DNA of 64,000 nucleotides, taken from the NCBI RefSeq assembly GCF_009914755.1, contig NC_060936.1; one strand, given 5' to 3'. This stretch comes from the human T2T-CHM13v2.0 reference genome, Homo sapiens. The first letter of the stretch is position 1. Each line of letters starts with the position of its first letter. Of this stretch, positions 1 through 22,059 are shown piece after piece. The notes below the pieces were generated by a model. That model did not search any database, was not told the DNA's origin, and saw only the letters and a program-made list of their open reading frames with translations. Both the position numbers and the translations under genes were made by a program.

Positions 1-6037
<6,037 letters not shown>

Positions 6038-6794
6038 CTAATCTAAAAGCAACAATCCCTGTAAATAAAAAAGAATAACAGCATATTTAGAGGTTTCACT
6101 TGGATATGACCTAAGGAAAAGAAGATACATGTATGTAACATTAATTAGAGTGTACAGGTAATGTATTTCAGGTTCTGTTTTCAGCTTATAGATACAAAGG
6201 TTTGCTTTATGTTGGAATATAATTTATTGAGATTTTTTTGTGTAAGAAAATATAACCTGTAAAGAGAACATGAAAATCACTGTAAAGGAATTGCAAATGA
6301 AAACACACCAAAACAAAAGAGAAATTTAGATGACAGTTTATGATCCTAGAAATCTTTATGCATATGATCAAGTTTTAAACCTTTAAATTTAAGGTGCATG
6401 ACACAGTGATAGAAATTTGGAAGCTACCCAAATTTAACTGTAGATTTGTATTCATATATAAAATGTTCTGGATATCGTATGGTAACAGCATGAAAAAAAA
6501 TCTTTGCAATATGTGCTGCCATGTAAATTACATCAACTTCAGGTGGAGACTTGTCCAAAAGTGCAAATTTAGGGAGGAAGAATAAATAAGACTGAAAGGA
6601 GAAAAACCCAGTAAAGGAGCAATTTAAATGAAAATGTCTTCCTCTCTTGAAAATGGATCTCAAAGTGTTCGAGTAACATACTATAAAGCTGAAAGAGTTT
6701 TCTTAAATTCAATTCATTTCTTCAGCCAATAATATATGACTACACACACACACCTACCACCAACACAGAATAATAAAAAAAGCACTCATATAGT

Positions 6795-7000
6795 TCTTAG
6801 TAGTACCATATACTGTTGAAAGTAATTTACATCATTAACTCACATCAATCCTCATAACAGCACTACTCCTACTCCATTTTACAGTTCAGGGATATCAGGA
6901 CAGAAAGTTTAAGCTACTTTTCCATGGCCATAAACTACAAAATGATAAGCCTGAGTCACTAACTTGACAAATTTAGCTGCAGATTCTGTTCCCCTCACTT
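6795..7000 (-). mobile_element. MIR SINE fragment
   Basis: aatcctcataacagc...ccattttacag...gtttaagctacttttccatggcca resembles the reverse MIR core. Confidence 0.6.
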
Positions 7001-8043
7001 ACCAAACTCTCAAATGCAGAATACAAATGTGTTGAAAACCATTTATTTATGCTGGGATCACATACTTCTTAATATTAAAGATCTGAAAACTTGAAATCCA
7101 GCTGTTTGAATGAATGGCACTGTTATAGTCAGCAGTGCTAGAGATCACTAGTAATCTGTGATAACACTCAGGTTTAGCATGCTAAATGAACACCAATAGG
7201 TTCTTCCTTAAATGTCTAAACAAAAGAGTCATTCAGGAGAAGGAAGTTGTCAGTCAAGCGGAGGGAGGTTCTTACTTGAAAATAATAGAATGTATCCAAA
7301 ATCCAAAGTTGCCCCTAATATCTAGTCCTCAAGCATGCCATTGGGAAGAGCTGAGACAGTTCAAGAAGAGATTGAAACCACCTCCCTTTTTACCTGGTTG
7401 AGTTTTAATCCACCAAAATGTAAAGGGTATACAAAAGGACTAAAATATCTTAGGACTGTGGCTATCTGCCTTAAAGAACCACCTCAAATTATGGAACTTC
7501 TTCTACAGTGTGCCAGTTAGTACATCAGCTGTATAGTATTCTAAGGCAGGTCATTTTCATGGCTTTGACTTGCTCTTTCATGCACATTTTCCAACTGCTC
7601 TAAGTTTTGGCAATGTGGTCTGATCATTAGCTTTCCCAGACGTTTTATGAGATAATAACATTCTTTTGTCATTCAGTTTTCCCTTTGTACAAGTAAATGT
7701 ACTACTATTTTTTAATCAATCATTTGTCGTAACACTTAGTATCATAAAGATCCTATGTACACATTAAAAGATAACCTTTCAGAGGAAGAATCAGTTATCC
7801 TCTATTCATAAATTACTTCTTAATCTAATCCCAATATTATCTGTAGATTTAGGAGTCATGATTGTTTCTTATTCCACCTAAAATCTTTTGTCATTAGAGT
7901 CCTGCCAATATGTACCTACTAACTCCCACCCCTCAACTACACTCTTCACCATCCCTACTTTAGACTGAAGCATTTCAGGCATTTACAGACTCAGAAGAAT
8001 CTTCCTAAAGCCTTTATAGCTCACTACCTCCTTAGTAATGGGA

Positions 8044-8069
8044 TGTGTGTGTGTGTGTGTATTTGTGTG
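8044..8069. repeat. (TG)n microsatellite, short and interrupted
   Basis: tgtgtgtgtgtgtgtgtatttgtgtg. Confidence 0.85.
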
Positions 8070-8559
8070 TATTTTGACAAAATTTTGGTTTCTATGCAAA
8101 TACTTGTGCATAAATAAAACATGTGAACAGCCTACAAATATAAACAGTTCTAAGACACAAAACTTTGAAAACCAAAAGTTGCTTGTTTATGTAAGTTGTT
8201 TGGCACTTGTATTTATCAATATTTTATTGGCAATATTTAAAGGACCACACCATGATTTTGTATTTGTATTATTCTACTTTGCTATTTTTATAATTCTGTA
8301 TATCTTTAGCTTTTAAGTACTTTGTAAATTTGCCAGTTTAATACCAAAGTTGATTCCATTTTCAAATATTCTTTTTATTTTCCTATTATAGTAATATTTT
8401 ACTATAATATATATTACATAATTTATATAATTAAATAATTATTTTTATTATATATAACATATATAAATATATATAGTAATATTTTTACTCTAAGAGGAAA
8501 ATAAAATAATATTTGAAAAAGAAAACAACTTTGGCATTCTGAGAAAAAGACAACATTCA

Positions 8560-8952
<393 letters not shown>

Positions 8953-11279
8953 TCATAATCTGGATTCTAATCTTAGGATAATAATCTTAGGATTCTAAGA
9001 CAGAACAAAAGTATGCTTGACAATAACATAATAGAAATTTGGAAACTGAGGTTGAATTCTGAAGAGGGGAAAAGGAAAAGCTCTCTAAGGAGAAGGAGGA
9101 AGAGCTGAAAATGTGATGTTCAGCAAATGAGAAATTCCTTCACAGGTCCAGTAGCAGAACTTGAGAATAACAATGGAGAATATTAAATTTTAAGATGATG
9201 CCTTTTCTGTTTTGCTTTCAGCAAAAGGCTATTTTATAAAATGAGCTTGATGTTGATTCTGCTTCAAGGAATGAAGGTATTGGGCCAGCAGAGGACAAAA
9301 AGAGGAGAGAAGTTAACCATGGGAGGCGGGATATGTTATAGGTATAAGAAACACAGAAGAGTCATGAAAATAAGAATGCCAGGTAATAAGGGGAAATGTA
9401 GCACCCATGAAAATTCTTGGAGATACTGAGAAGGTACAGAGTTTCCCATGGAAGGAAGAGGAACTCAGTTTGTTAGCAATTTACTTCAAGTATCAAATGA
9501 ATGGGTGACCCAGTGGCTTTGAGGACTCAGAATTATCCAGAGGCAAACACTTGGGTTGCATTAGCAAAGACTTGGTGCGCTTTATCTGAACTTAATTCTA
9601 AGCTCTTTGGATATAAAGAATGTTTTCTTTTGTTTCTGGCTCACTGAGTAGAGCTTAAATGGGTAAATATGAGGTTACATTGAATAACATTCAGCAAAAG
9701 AAAGTAAAAAGGAAAGAAATGGAGGGGAAGAGATTTTATTTGTATTTTTTCCTTCACTGAACTGAGAAATCTTCAAGGACTAGACTGGCATCATATTCAC
9801 TTTTTGTATTTCTTGCTCCTTGCACGATTGTTACTACTGAGTATGGCAGGATAGATAAAGGGGTGGAAGAATTAATGAAAGAATAAATGAGGAAATGAAT
9901 AAGATAGACCACATTCCAGTGGGAATTAAAATGATATGAATAAAAGGTAAGTAATATAAATCAAACAATGAAAAATGAATATTGAAGCAAAAAGAAAGCC
10001 AAATTTAAAAAGCAAATTGAACTGGCTTATGGGTCCAAATGTCGTCAATAGTACCTTCCATTCATTCTCTTAATGGAGCATGTGTCTTAGCAAGAAAATG
10101 GGGAAGAGAATCACACTGCCATCTCTCTCTGTCTTTTCCCTGTGATAAGACCAAAAACTCCTCCAGACATTAATTAAAAATAAAATTAGGCATGCTGAAT
10201 AATTGAAATGTTAGAAAGCTCTCCAGACAAGGTATGTCATGTCAACTGATTGTACAGATCTGATGCATCATCCCAGGTAGTTTCAGAGTAAAAATACTCT
10301 GTTAAAATATTGGCTTGTGAGTCTAATCAGTAGGCACATTTTTCTCCGTTAGTCATGTCCATGTATTTAATTACAGAGAATGGCCAGGACTCTTATTTTT
10401 TTCCAATCAGTGACCATGAGTTGGAAGTCTTCATAGTCCAGGATCTCCATGGAGGGTCTCATGTCAATTTACCTCAATGCAAATATTTAAGCAAATTTTT
10501 AGGTATGTATAATAGGCAGAGAGAAAGTGATGAAAAGTGGGGTATATTTTTATTTTCCTCATTTTCTCTTTCTTGTTATCATTAAAATGAGTGAAATTGA
10601 GCTCTATAACATATTCACAAATGCTTATTCATTTTTTCAAAACTGTGCCTAGACTGTGTCCTTTCTCTGTGCTACTCTCGCCCAGGATCACTAATATTGC
10701 AGCAATTTTCACATACTTTTGTTAATAATTCCACATATCCACAAGTTGCTCAGAGAGACTTAAACATTCTATCCCCAGGACCATGACTTAAAGCAAGAAG
10801 TAGGTCTTCAGCCCCTGTTGTGAAATTAGTAAAAGAATAAATTATAAAATTCTGTTGATTTGGTATGCAAAAATTCCACTGGAGCCAACACAGAATCTGC
10901 CTTTTAAAAGTTACTTCATCCTCCTATTATTTACAATAGAAAAATCAGCCTATACTATAAAATATAAAGGAAGAAAAACTTAAAAAATATAAGGCTCATC
11001 TCTATTTTGTAAATGAAAGTCAGAGAGATAATTTAATATTTGAAAATTAACATCATGGGAAAATCATGAAAATAAGCTACCTAAAATATAATACTAAGGA
11101 ATTTCCATTTTTATAATTTTACATAAGTTGCATTATTTTTAGTTTGTATTTCTAAGGACATTATCTTTCCAAATGGGAATACTTCATGCCTATTATGCTC
11201 CTGTTGCTTTTCTTTCTTAAATAATAAAATAAAGACTAAAGAATTACAAGAATTTTAAATGTTCAAGTATCAGAAGTTC

Positions 11280-11760
11280 ATGTAATCCTGTGATCCAAAA
11301 TTTCCACTTTTAGAAATTTACTGTAAAAAAATTTACATTAAAGTACAAGGATAGACAAATAGAATGATATTCAATGAGGCATTATTTATAATTAAAAAAT
11401 AAAAATGTCTGTCTCTGAATTGATGGTATGTCTGTAATATAGCATTCCAAGGAATTAGATACTGCAACATGTACTTACATGGAATGATCTCCAAGGAATC
11501 ATGTTAAGTTAAAAACAAATGACTGCAGAACAACAATATGCAGAATGTAATCTCATTTTTTCTCATTACATACAACTAATAAAGCAAATGAACAGAAACA
11601 CTATATTTTTAGGAGTGGTTATAGCTGGGTGTAAGAGTGGCATTAAGCAGAGGTATTCCTAATGAGAAATCCTAATTCATTCCATAAATGTCTGAAAAGT
11701 TAAAATTCTCTACAAAAAACTTTAAGCATGTATTCTAGGTTTAATTTTAAAACAAAATTC
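11280..11760 (+). mobile_element. Old L1 (L1ME-like) 3' fragment
   Basis: tgatccaaaatttccacttttagaaatttac...gatattcaatgaggcattattt...acatggaatgatctccaagg...gttaagttaaaaa resembles degenerate L1M 3' sequence. Confidence 0.55.
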
Positions 11761-13929
11761 AAAGTAAGTAATAACCAAGAGAAGGTTAAGCCTGATTATT
11801 CTGAATGACCATTAAGTTGATTTTATTAACCCATAGAACTTATAAATTGGAAGTTTTTAATTTTTCTTCTTTTTTACAGCACCATAAACTCAGCTGATGG
11901 TCTTAATTTTGTGTATATTCATGTCTTATACACTAATTTTGCCATAATTAACGAGTTTGTTGTTCATAGAACTTTGGTCTCTATAGAGAGAAAAAAATCT
12001 CTTTCATTGCTAAGTCTGTCCTTAAAGGCCAATCAAGTAGGAACAAGTAGGGTCCACTGTCTGGTCTGCTGGTTCCATGCAGAGCTGAGAATTAATTCAG
12101 TTTCTTCGGAGGCTGTTGATAAAATCAATTTTTTTTATCCAAGTTTTACCACTTAAAAACAGATCCACAAACATTACCACATTTATGGTATTGAATTAGA
12201 TTGAAGAAAGCTGGCATTTCAATGAAAGCACTATACACAATTACCAAGCTTGGAAATCAGTAAAAAAGATTAGACTTCAGGTGTCTATATATAAATGTGT
12301 GTATATATCACACGTTACAGATTTTTATATCTATATCCACATAAAGTGTTTCTATGTATAAATAAATATTTAAGTACAGATTATACATAAACATGTATAT
12401 ATTATAAAGATTGTTATAGAAATAGGTATAAAACAATATAACATTCACTTCTAACATAAAAAAAATACCCAAAATTACTATTGACCACTGAGACAGATGT
12501 GGTCCCTGATAAATATCTTCTACCATGTTTTCTTTATATCCTTATCCAATGTACATATACAATCCTTCCTCTATATTTTTATTTTGAGGACACAGATTGA
12601 TTTAATTGGAATTGTAATTGTTTGTTTAGAGTCAAGGCCTATCCATTCACACAAAAATGTAATTTTCTGGGATACAAGAAAGAAAGGCTTGATGTGTTAT
12701 TGGTATTATCACAATGAATTATGGTGTACAAAATTAGGTAACCAGAATTAAAAGTCATCAATTATGAACATATAGTATCATTTTGCTTTCTTAAGTATCA
12801 TGATGAAATTTAAAGTGTGTAATTACCATATTTTATAAAAATGTTTTTTATAATTGTTTCATTACACTGAAGAAAATTTTTATGCTTTTCACTCTTAATA
12901 ATGATAATGGACAATATATAGCAATTTCATGACATAAACCAGAATTGTAATTTCAAAATTGCAATTATTTAAAATTCCCCCTAATATTTTTATCTTTAAT
13001 ATATTTAATATAAATTTATTTTTAAATGATTAATTTGTCTTGGTATGATATGAACTGCTCTACCACCATCTAGTGTTATAGAGTCACATTATTAAGCCTT
13101 ATCTGCTATGAGTCCCAATATGTCTTTCTTGAAGCCAACAATCATGTCCCAAAATAAATTATCCAAAAATATTTGTTTTTACTTAATGGAAAGTGATGGA
13201 GGTGAAGGGAGGTAACTAGCTTACAAACACCTGCTGAAGAGATGTTCTGATCCAGAAAAGTCTGTTTCTTTTAGCACTATGGCACTGCAGTTAAAGCACA
13301 TCTTACATAGTGCCACCAATGTCTGTCTACCCTGCAGTACCACCTTTGTTAGTCCAGGTACCTGTAAACCAAAGGGTCCCCAAAACCTCAGTCTCAAATA
13401 TTATTGTTCTTGCTGTCCGTATTCTCCTTGCTCAGTAATTTTTTTCTAAAACCATAACATAATCCCCAGGTAGCCAATTTCCATCCAGCTATGGGAGCTA
13501 GACCCACCTGTAGCTCCAATGAAGCCCCATATTACATATTAAGTTAGAGCTGTAGTACTTTTTCTTCCTTAAGATCTTTGTTTAGTGGACATCTGCTCCT
13601 CTTTGCTAATCAGCTTAGGCAGAACCCCTCCAATCCTATCTGGTACACTCCAGCAGGTGTTCCTATTCAGATGTATGAGCAGCAGACACTAGAGTCTCCC
13701 TTCCTCCTGTGTCTGAGGAGCACTTTTACAAGTACTTGCAAACTCTTCCCAGAGAGCAGAGGTAAATTTACACTAAAAGATCCTGTGTAAATTGCAATTT
13801 GGTTATGAGAAACAAGGAAACCATATTTAAAATCTATAAGAGATTGATTGATTGGCTGTGTAATTGGAAGTACAATAAAATGAACTTTAGTGTTGCATGC
13901 CTTAACAAGTTAACTATATCAACTGCTTT

Positions 13930-14240
13930 CACATCATGGTCTAGGGACTCCTAGTAGCCATGAGGCCTTTTCTGGGGTCCATATAGTCAAGCATAGTTTT
14001 GTAGTAATACTAAAATATTTCTTGCCTTTTTCACTCTCATTGTCTCACTTGTTTACAGTGGAGTTCTCTAGAGGCTACATGACATGTGGTCTCTCAACTC
14101 ATTGAATGCAGAAGCAGGTAGGAGAAATCACCCATTGTCTATTAAGCAAGATATAAAAGAGATTTGCAAAAGTGTAAAACAGTGCCACTCTTCTAATTTT
14201 ATTTTTGTCTCTTTTAAATGATTTTCCTTTCACACAATTT
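13930..14240. mobile_element. hAT-Charlie (Charlie1-like) terminal fragment
   Basis: gcctttttcactctcatt...cagtggagttctctagaggctacatgacatgtg...ttgaatgcagaagcag...aaagagatttgcaaaagtgtaaaacagtgccactcttc matches remembered Charlie1 end sequence. Confidence 0.65.
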
Positions 14241-14559
14241 ATTTTTCATTAAAATGTTAGCTCATATCACTTGGTTATATCCCAGTCCAGGAAAATAGGT
14301 GTCTCCTAGCCTTTTTATGTATGACTAACAGGACAAACTAGTGATTCTATACAAGACCACAAAGTCTCAAAGTTAATCTTCAATACAATTGGCTGCTTTA
14401 CTAGATTATAAAATAAATATGACTATGCATTTACTATGTAAATAAATTTTTTAATATTATGAATTCTTCTACCCTAAGGAATTCACAATAGTCATAGAGA
14501 TCTACAATAATCATAAATATCTAGGTCTATTGCTTAAATATTGGAATGTCTTAAAATCT

Positions 14560-15830
<1,271 letters not shown>

Positions 15831-16223
15831 TAATGGCAAAGATTATGGCCATACCAAACATAAAGTTTAACTCAATCTTGGTTTATTTATTTACACCACT
15901 TTCCCCAAGTGGATTTTTAAGAAGGTTCATGAAAACAACAAACAGAATAGGAAGAAAGATATAAACTAAGACAAATTAGAAAATAGATTGTCATCTTGTG
16001 TGACAAGAGTAGGGTACTGTGAGAGATGTAAAGGAAAGAGGATGCTTCAAGGTGGAGAGATTAGCAGTCAATTTATGCTGAATTCAGAGAAGATAAAAAC
16101 GTCTATTGGATGAAATAATCAGGCCACATAGTTTCCTATGATGAAGCAGTTTAAGTAAAGAAATAGGAAAAAATCCATCTCAAGGGATTAACAAACTACT
16201 GGGTGCTGAGAAATATAAGTGAC

Positions 16224-16227
<4 letters not shown>

Positions 16228-16266
<39 letters not shown>
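16228..16266. repeat. (AC)19 microsatellite
   Basis: Perfect CA run. Confidence 0.97.
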
Positions 16267-16269
<3 letters not shown>

Positions 16270-17947
16270 CACAGAAATTACTGCATCATGAGGGTGGAAA
16301 ATCAATTTTGTCCATAGAGGTCATCACAAATATTCATAATTTTTATAGGGCTTAACAGTGAGTCCTAACGTCAAATATTCCTGAATGCTAATCCTAAAAC
16401 TTTCTAATTTATAGACTTTTCTTACTCTTAACCAATCAGCAAGCCATCATAACTACATGATTTTTACAAATTGTTTTTAACTAATTCTATTCCCAAAAAG
16501 TAACTGTGTACCTGTTGTTCTGAGAAGCATCAGGAAAGGAAGAAATTAAGGGCTATGCCACTGATAACAGTTTTATAGGATAAATAAGTGGCAATAGAGA
16601 AATTAGGAATAGCTTTAAGATACCAGTAGCAATGCTACCTTTGACATGACTCCAAAAAATAAAACGTATGCTTTCTTCCAAAAATAACAATAGTAATAAT
16701 AACACTAATAGATAAAATTCAGTGAATTCATCTGTCCTAAAAATTATTTTTTATTTAATCTTAACAACATATTACATAGTAGATTATATTAACTCATTTT
16801 ACAGAAAAGCAAACTGAAGCTTAGAGACTGGAGTCAAAGCCCTCTTCTTTATAACATACATGTCTTCTCTGAATGGGCCTTTGTTTAACAAGAATCTTCA
16901 ACTCAACTGATCAGAAAGACTCAGAAAAGAAAAACTAGACTGATAAAATAGTGTTTTATGCATACACATGCATGAAAACACAACATGCATACATGCTAAA
17001 CTCTGGTCATCAATACTGCAAGAGCAATAAAGCCAGGAGAATGAAGTTAACTTTTATTTTTCATTTGTCTTCTAGATTTTTATATATAGTGTTTTTTTCA
17101 GGATCCTTATAAAATAAATAGTTTAACATCCAAATGCTGGTTCTACACAAGGAAAGAGAAATATGCAAATAAGTATTAGGCTTTAAAAATGTGTTTATTA
17201 TTTGAATAAAGTGAATATTCAGTTTAAGACTAAAGTATCTGAAACATTGTGAAACTTGCATGCATGGACAAATATGAACTGAGTGCTTCCTTTCCCAGAT
17301 TTTTAAATCTTTCAGCTAGATTTTTTTTAAATGATTGTTTTCATAGATTATTTAACTCATTTTAGGGCTTTCAGGTCAAGGTTTACAGGACTTGTCCTTG
17401 ATATAGAGACAACAGAAGGAAAGCTATTAAATATTTAATGGAGTCAGAAAATACTACATTTAATATTCTCTTGAGCTTGCACAGTGCTGACTTAGAAGGA
17501 AATCCAAAGTGCCTCGTTTTCACATGTAGAATCTTAAAAATGCAGTTAGTAAATCATCCTCTAAAATGACATCCACAGCTTCAATGACTACATTCTTAAA
17601 AGTAAAATATTTCTTTTAAAATATGTGCTGAAAGCTCTTTGTTAATTGGAAAAAAGACAGCTATGGATTGTTCTTCGAGATGTTATTCATGTCCTATTTT
17701 TATCACCTTACTTTATCTTTTTAAAATTTCAACCATTAGGCAAGAGCCAGAATTATATATAGGCTTCATTTTTTTTTATTCTGCTTTGTCATTTCTGTTT
17801 TGCTATGTTTGGGTAAGGAGTGAATTTTAGAGATACCAAGCAAATCAGCCATATAAGGATCTTTAATAGATATTGTACATCCAACATTATTTGTTGATTT
17901 TCATTTTACATATGTAAAAATTTCCTTTAAACAGAGTTAAAATGTTC

Positions 17948-18090
17948 AACTCCTATGTTGAGTCTTGGATTGAATCAATAATAATCAATCAATACTCAAC
18001 ATATGATTCAATGATAAATGTTAAACTCACATGTTAAACTTGGATTGAATTGATTCAATCCAAGACTCAACATGTGAGTTAAAGATTTAT
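17948..18090. repeat. Nested inverted-repeat / fold-back element
   Basis: 17948-17979 is the reverse complement of 18049-18080 at 30/32 positions. An internal arm (18014-18050) also pairs with 18053-18090. Confidence 0.9.
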
Positions 18091-20113
18091 TCAAATGCCA
18101 AATTATTAGCCTTCCCAGAGAAACTGCCTGCCTTATCTCACCCCGGAAAAGCCATTATTCTACATATAAAAAAGGTTTTCAATGTCCAGAAATGAGAGAA
18201 GCAGGGCAGTGATTGGTGGTGTTAGCAGTGTGTTGAGGGTGATGGTGGGGGAGAGCTGAATAGGCAGAATTTACTAGAGGACAGACAATAGGTTGTCATT
18301 TTGGGAACTAAATTACCTCAAGTACTTCATTCAATAAACAGTTAATGACAATGTTGGTAGTAAACTCAATAAAGTGTTTGAGATCTTTAAGTTTCTTCTT
18401 ATACATTTTGGTAGCAAAATATGCATATGAACCAGAGACAGGACAAATCCTTTTATAATTTCTGATGAACATGTTTAGGCAAGTAAGAAGCAGATGAGAA
18501 AAATAAGATGCAAAGACAAGACTGCTCAAGCATGCCAGCACTTCCTTACCTTGCTAATGTGTTAACTTTCACAATCAATTATTATTTTTCTCAACAAATT
18601 ATTCACATTAACTTGGATGATTTTAAAACTTTACCACAAAAAATCAGGTAATTTTCCCTTTGTTGGTGTTACAAAAATGATTTCTTAGCCATAAATGACA
18701 AAAATGAGAATACAATGAAAAGATGCTGATTTTCATTGGGTTTGAAAATTGATTTTCTTTCTAAAATCAGACTCCTCCCAAATAGATGAGTACTGAAAAG
18801 CAAAAGTTAACACACATGTCATGTAATCTCAATTAAGTTCTATTTTAAAACACTTTTTATTAGCTACTTTATTCTTTTATTCCCTTGCTACACTACTCTA
18901 AGTTGCTATAAAATATTATTATAATCTCTCTTATTTGACTCTACAAAATTCTAAAGCCAAAATCTCCCCACATATTGGATAAATATTATCACCTCCCTAT
19001 AACGCCTTCTATCTTTCATGATGTAAGTCCATGTTATCAATGTGATTGTTTTAATACAGTGTTCTAATTTTTCTTTAAATAATTACAAATTTTTACTTCC
19101 TTGGATTACAAGGCTGAGTATAATGAATTCTGTTGATCAGCAAGTATACAGGGTCCAATAATTGTGGCAGGAAGACTGAATAAATATTTCTCTAAATCAC
19201 GTGGATTATAGAGAAGAACAAAAATTGCATACTAATTATTTGTTGGTATTGTTATTAGAAGACAAATTTAAGTTTCTTCCCACTTAACTTTTGTTCTGAA
19301 ATTGTCAGCAGTGGCAAATGTTTTTAACAAGAATGGATGCTTTCAAAGGTTGACACTGAAATGACAGTAGTCATTATGCTAAAAAAGGTCATGTCCAAGC
19401 TTATTTCTTATGAGAGAGTATGTTGTTTTTAACTTTAAATTTGATCAGAAAATATTTTCTTTTTATTGTTTCGAATACTTGGATTTTGTGAATTTAACTC
19501 AATTAAAGTATAACGTTTACAACTGTTACTTCAAGAAAAATCGTTTAGTATGATTTATTTGAAACTTTAGAGTGTACATATACATTCTACTACATATGTG
19601 TGTGTGTAGCATAGCACCAACAAATATTATATAAAGATTATACAAAACTTCTATAAAAGTTATGAAACTGTGACTATATTTCTCCCAAATAATATAGGCA
19701 ACTAAATAGGTGGAAGGAGAAACAAGTATCAGTGAATTTCTTTATTATTTGATGGTCCATAATCTTTATTTACTAATTTGGTTTCCTTATAAGTTAGCAT
19801 TAACATTATAAAAACAGAAATAAAAAATTAAATATGATTATCAGTCCTTGAAAAATGGATTTCAAGGGTAACACAAGACAGAATCACTGGGATTCAATGA
19901 ATCACATAGTGGAGACTCAAACAATCACAACAATTATTCATTCAGTTTCTTCAAAAGACCCCTAACAGCAGTGAGTATGTAGTCATTTGGTGTATTGGTA
20001 TGCCTCAAATAAAATGTCAGTTTTATCTAATTTTAACATCACTTTGAAATTAATAAACATGATTTTTAACTTAGAGTTAAATGTTCATAACTTTTATAAA
20101 AGTAATTAGAATA

Positions 20114-20465
20114 CAGTCTGTGCTGGATAATGATATTTCAGTCAATAATGGATCGTATATACCATAGTGTTGTCATGAGATTATAAAACCATGTTTTTAA
20201 CTGTACCTTTTCTATGTTTAGATATTCTTAGACACGCAATACTTACCATTGTGTTACAATTGCCTACAGTATTCAATACAATAACATGTTGTACAGGTTT
20301 GTAGCTTAAAAGGATTAGGCTAGACCATATAGCCTAGAAGTGTAGTAGGCAATGCCACCTAGGTTTATGTGAGTACACTCTGGGGTGTTCACACATAACA
20401 ACAATGAAATTACCTAATGGTGCATTTCTCAAACCCTATCCCTGTTGTTAAGCAATACATGACTG
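20114..20465 (+). mobile_element. Tigger3a/MER7A-like TcMar-Tigger MITE
   Basis: Starts ta|cagtctgtgc... and ends ...gttaagcaatacatgactg. Internal ctgtaccttttctatgtttagat and cttaccattgtgttacaattgcctacagtattca. Confidence 0.85.
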
Positions 20466-21574
20466 CATTACAAATATTTATAATATTGCCAGTTATTATT
20501 AGTTTTCTCTAAAATTTTAATTTTCTAACTGCTTAAAGACAGCATTCAGTATGATCCGGCTTCCCTTGACTTTCTTAAGTAAAATTACATTCATATTTTG
20601 AATTTGCTACACATCCAATTTGTACCACTAAAAAAATGTAAAATGTACTATCAAAACTTCATCTAGAGAGACAAAATATCAAATATACGTCTATTAAAAT
20701 TTAGACATTCTTCTTCTTTTATAGAAGTAGAATAATTCAAGAACACCTAAATTTATGATAGCAATATTTTTCACCGTCTTCTTTATCATTTTCTGATTAT
20801 TTCATTTATTTAGCACTATTTTTTATAATTATCCAATGTTCACAGTGTCACAATAAAATTTTCTTTTTGCTTTGTTATGTTCTGCTCAAATTTTATTATA
20901 TCATTTCTAATAGATTCAAAGTTTATATTTTTTACAAACACTCAAAGCTTGAGCTATACAAAGTGCTCCTTGCAGCATTGGAAGTAATATTAAGGATTTC
21001 AAATACAGCAGGTCACTTATATATTTGGTTTATATGGATGTCACTATCTATGACTAAATTAAAGTTTCCTAGATAATTTAAACCTTTTGGCTATAATTGC
21101 TGTTCATCTGAAAAAAATCATTTGCTTTTAAAAATAAAAGATTTTGATAATAGCTAAATCAATCAACTTAACTTCTGTTAATTTTACTGAGATGAATAGC
21201 ACTTTCCTACTACTGGGATGATGTAGATATATTTCATGGGCTAAACTTAAACCAGTTTTCTTTCATCTTAAGTAATCCATTCAGCTTTTAATAAACAAAA
21301 TTTAAATACTAATTTCAAGAGATCCAATACACTTTTAGCCTGGAATTTGTAAATTCTTGTTCTTACTAATGAATTACAAATAAATAAAGAATTTCAACAT
21401 TTAACAAGACGTGGTTTTAAAGTGATAATTGTTACCTTAAATATACTGAATAAATGTATTCCAACTGTGTTTGATTTATAACAAATTAGTAGAAAAGGAA
21501 ATTTTAGATCTGTAAAATAATGTTTTAAATCATTTAATCTAATGCTTTCAATTTGGGGATAACAAAAAAGCTTA

Positions 21575-21913
<339 letters not shown>

Positions 21914-22059
21914 TCACGTGTTTAGAGTTGCCTTTATAGTTTGTGGCAAAGTCTCTAATTCACCATGGAATTCATATGCAGTTCTTCCTAAAATTTTACA
22001 AACAAGTAGATAGATCAATTATAATACATTATAGTGTATTAATTCATGTTTAAAAAATT

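Noticed and set aside
8385-8490. Very AT-rich self-complementary tract
   Set aside because: Low-complexity TA sequence; the pairing is compositional.
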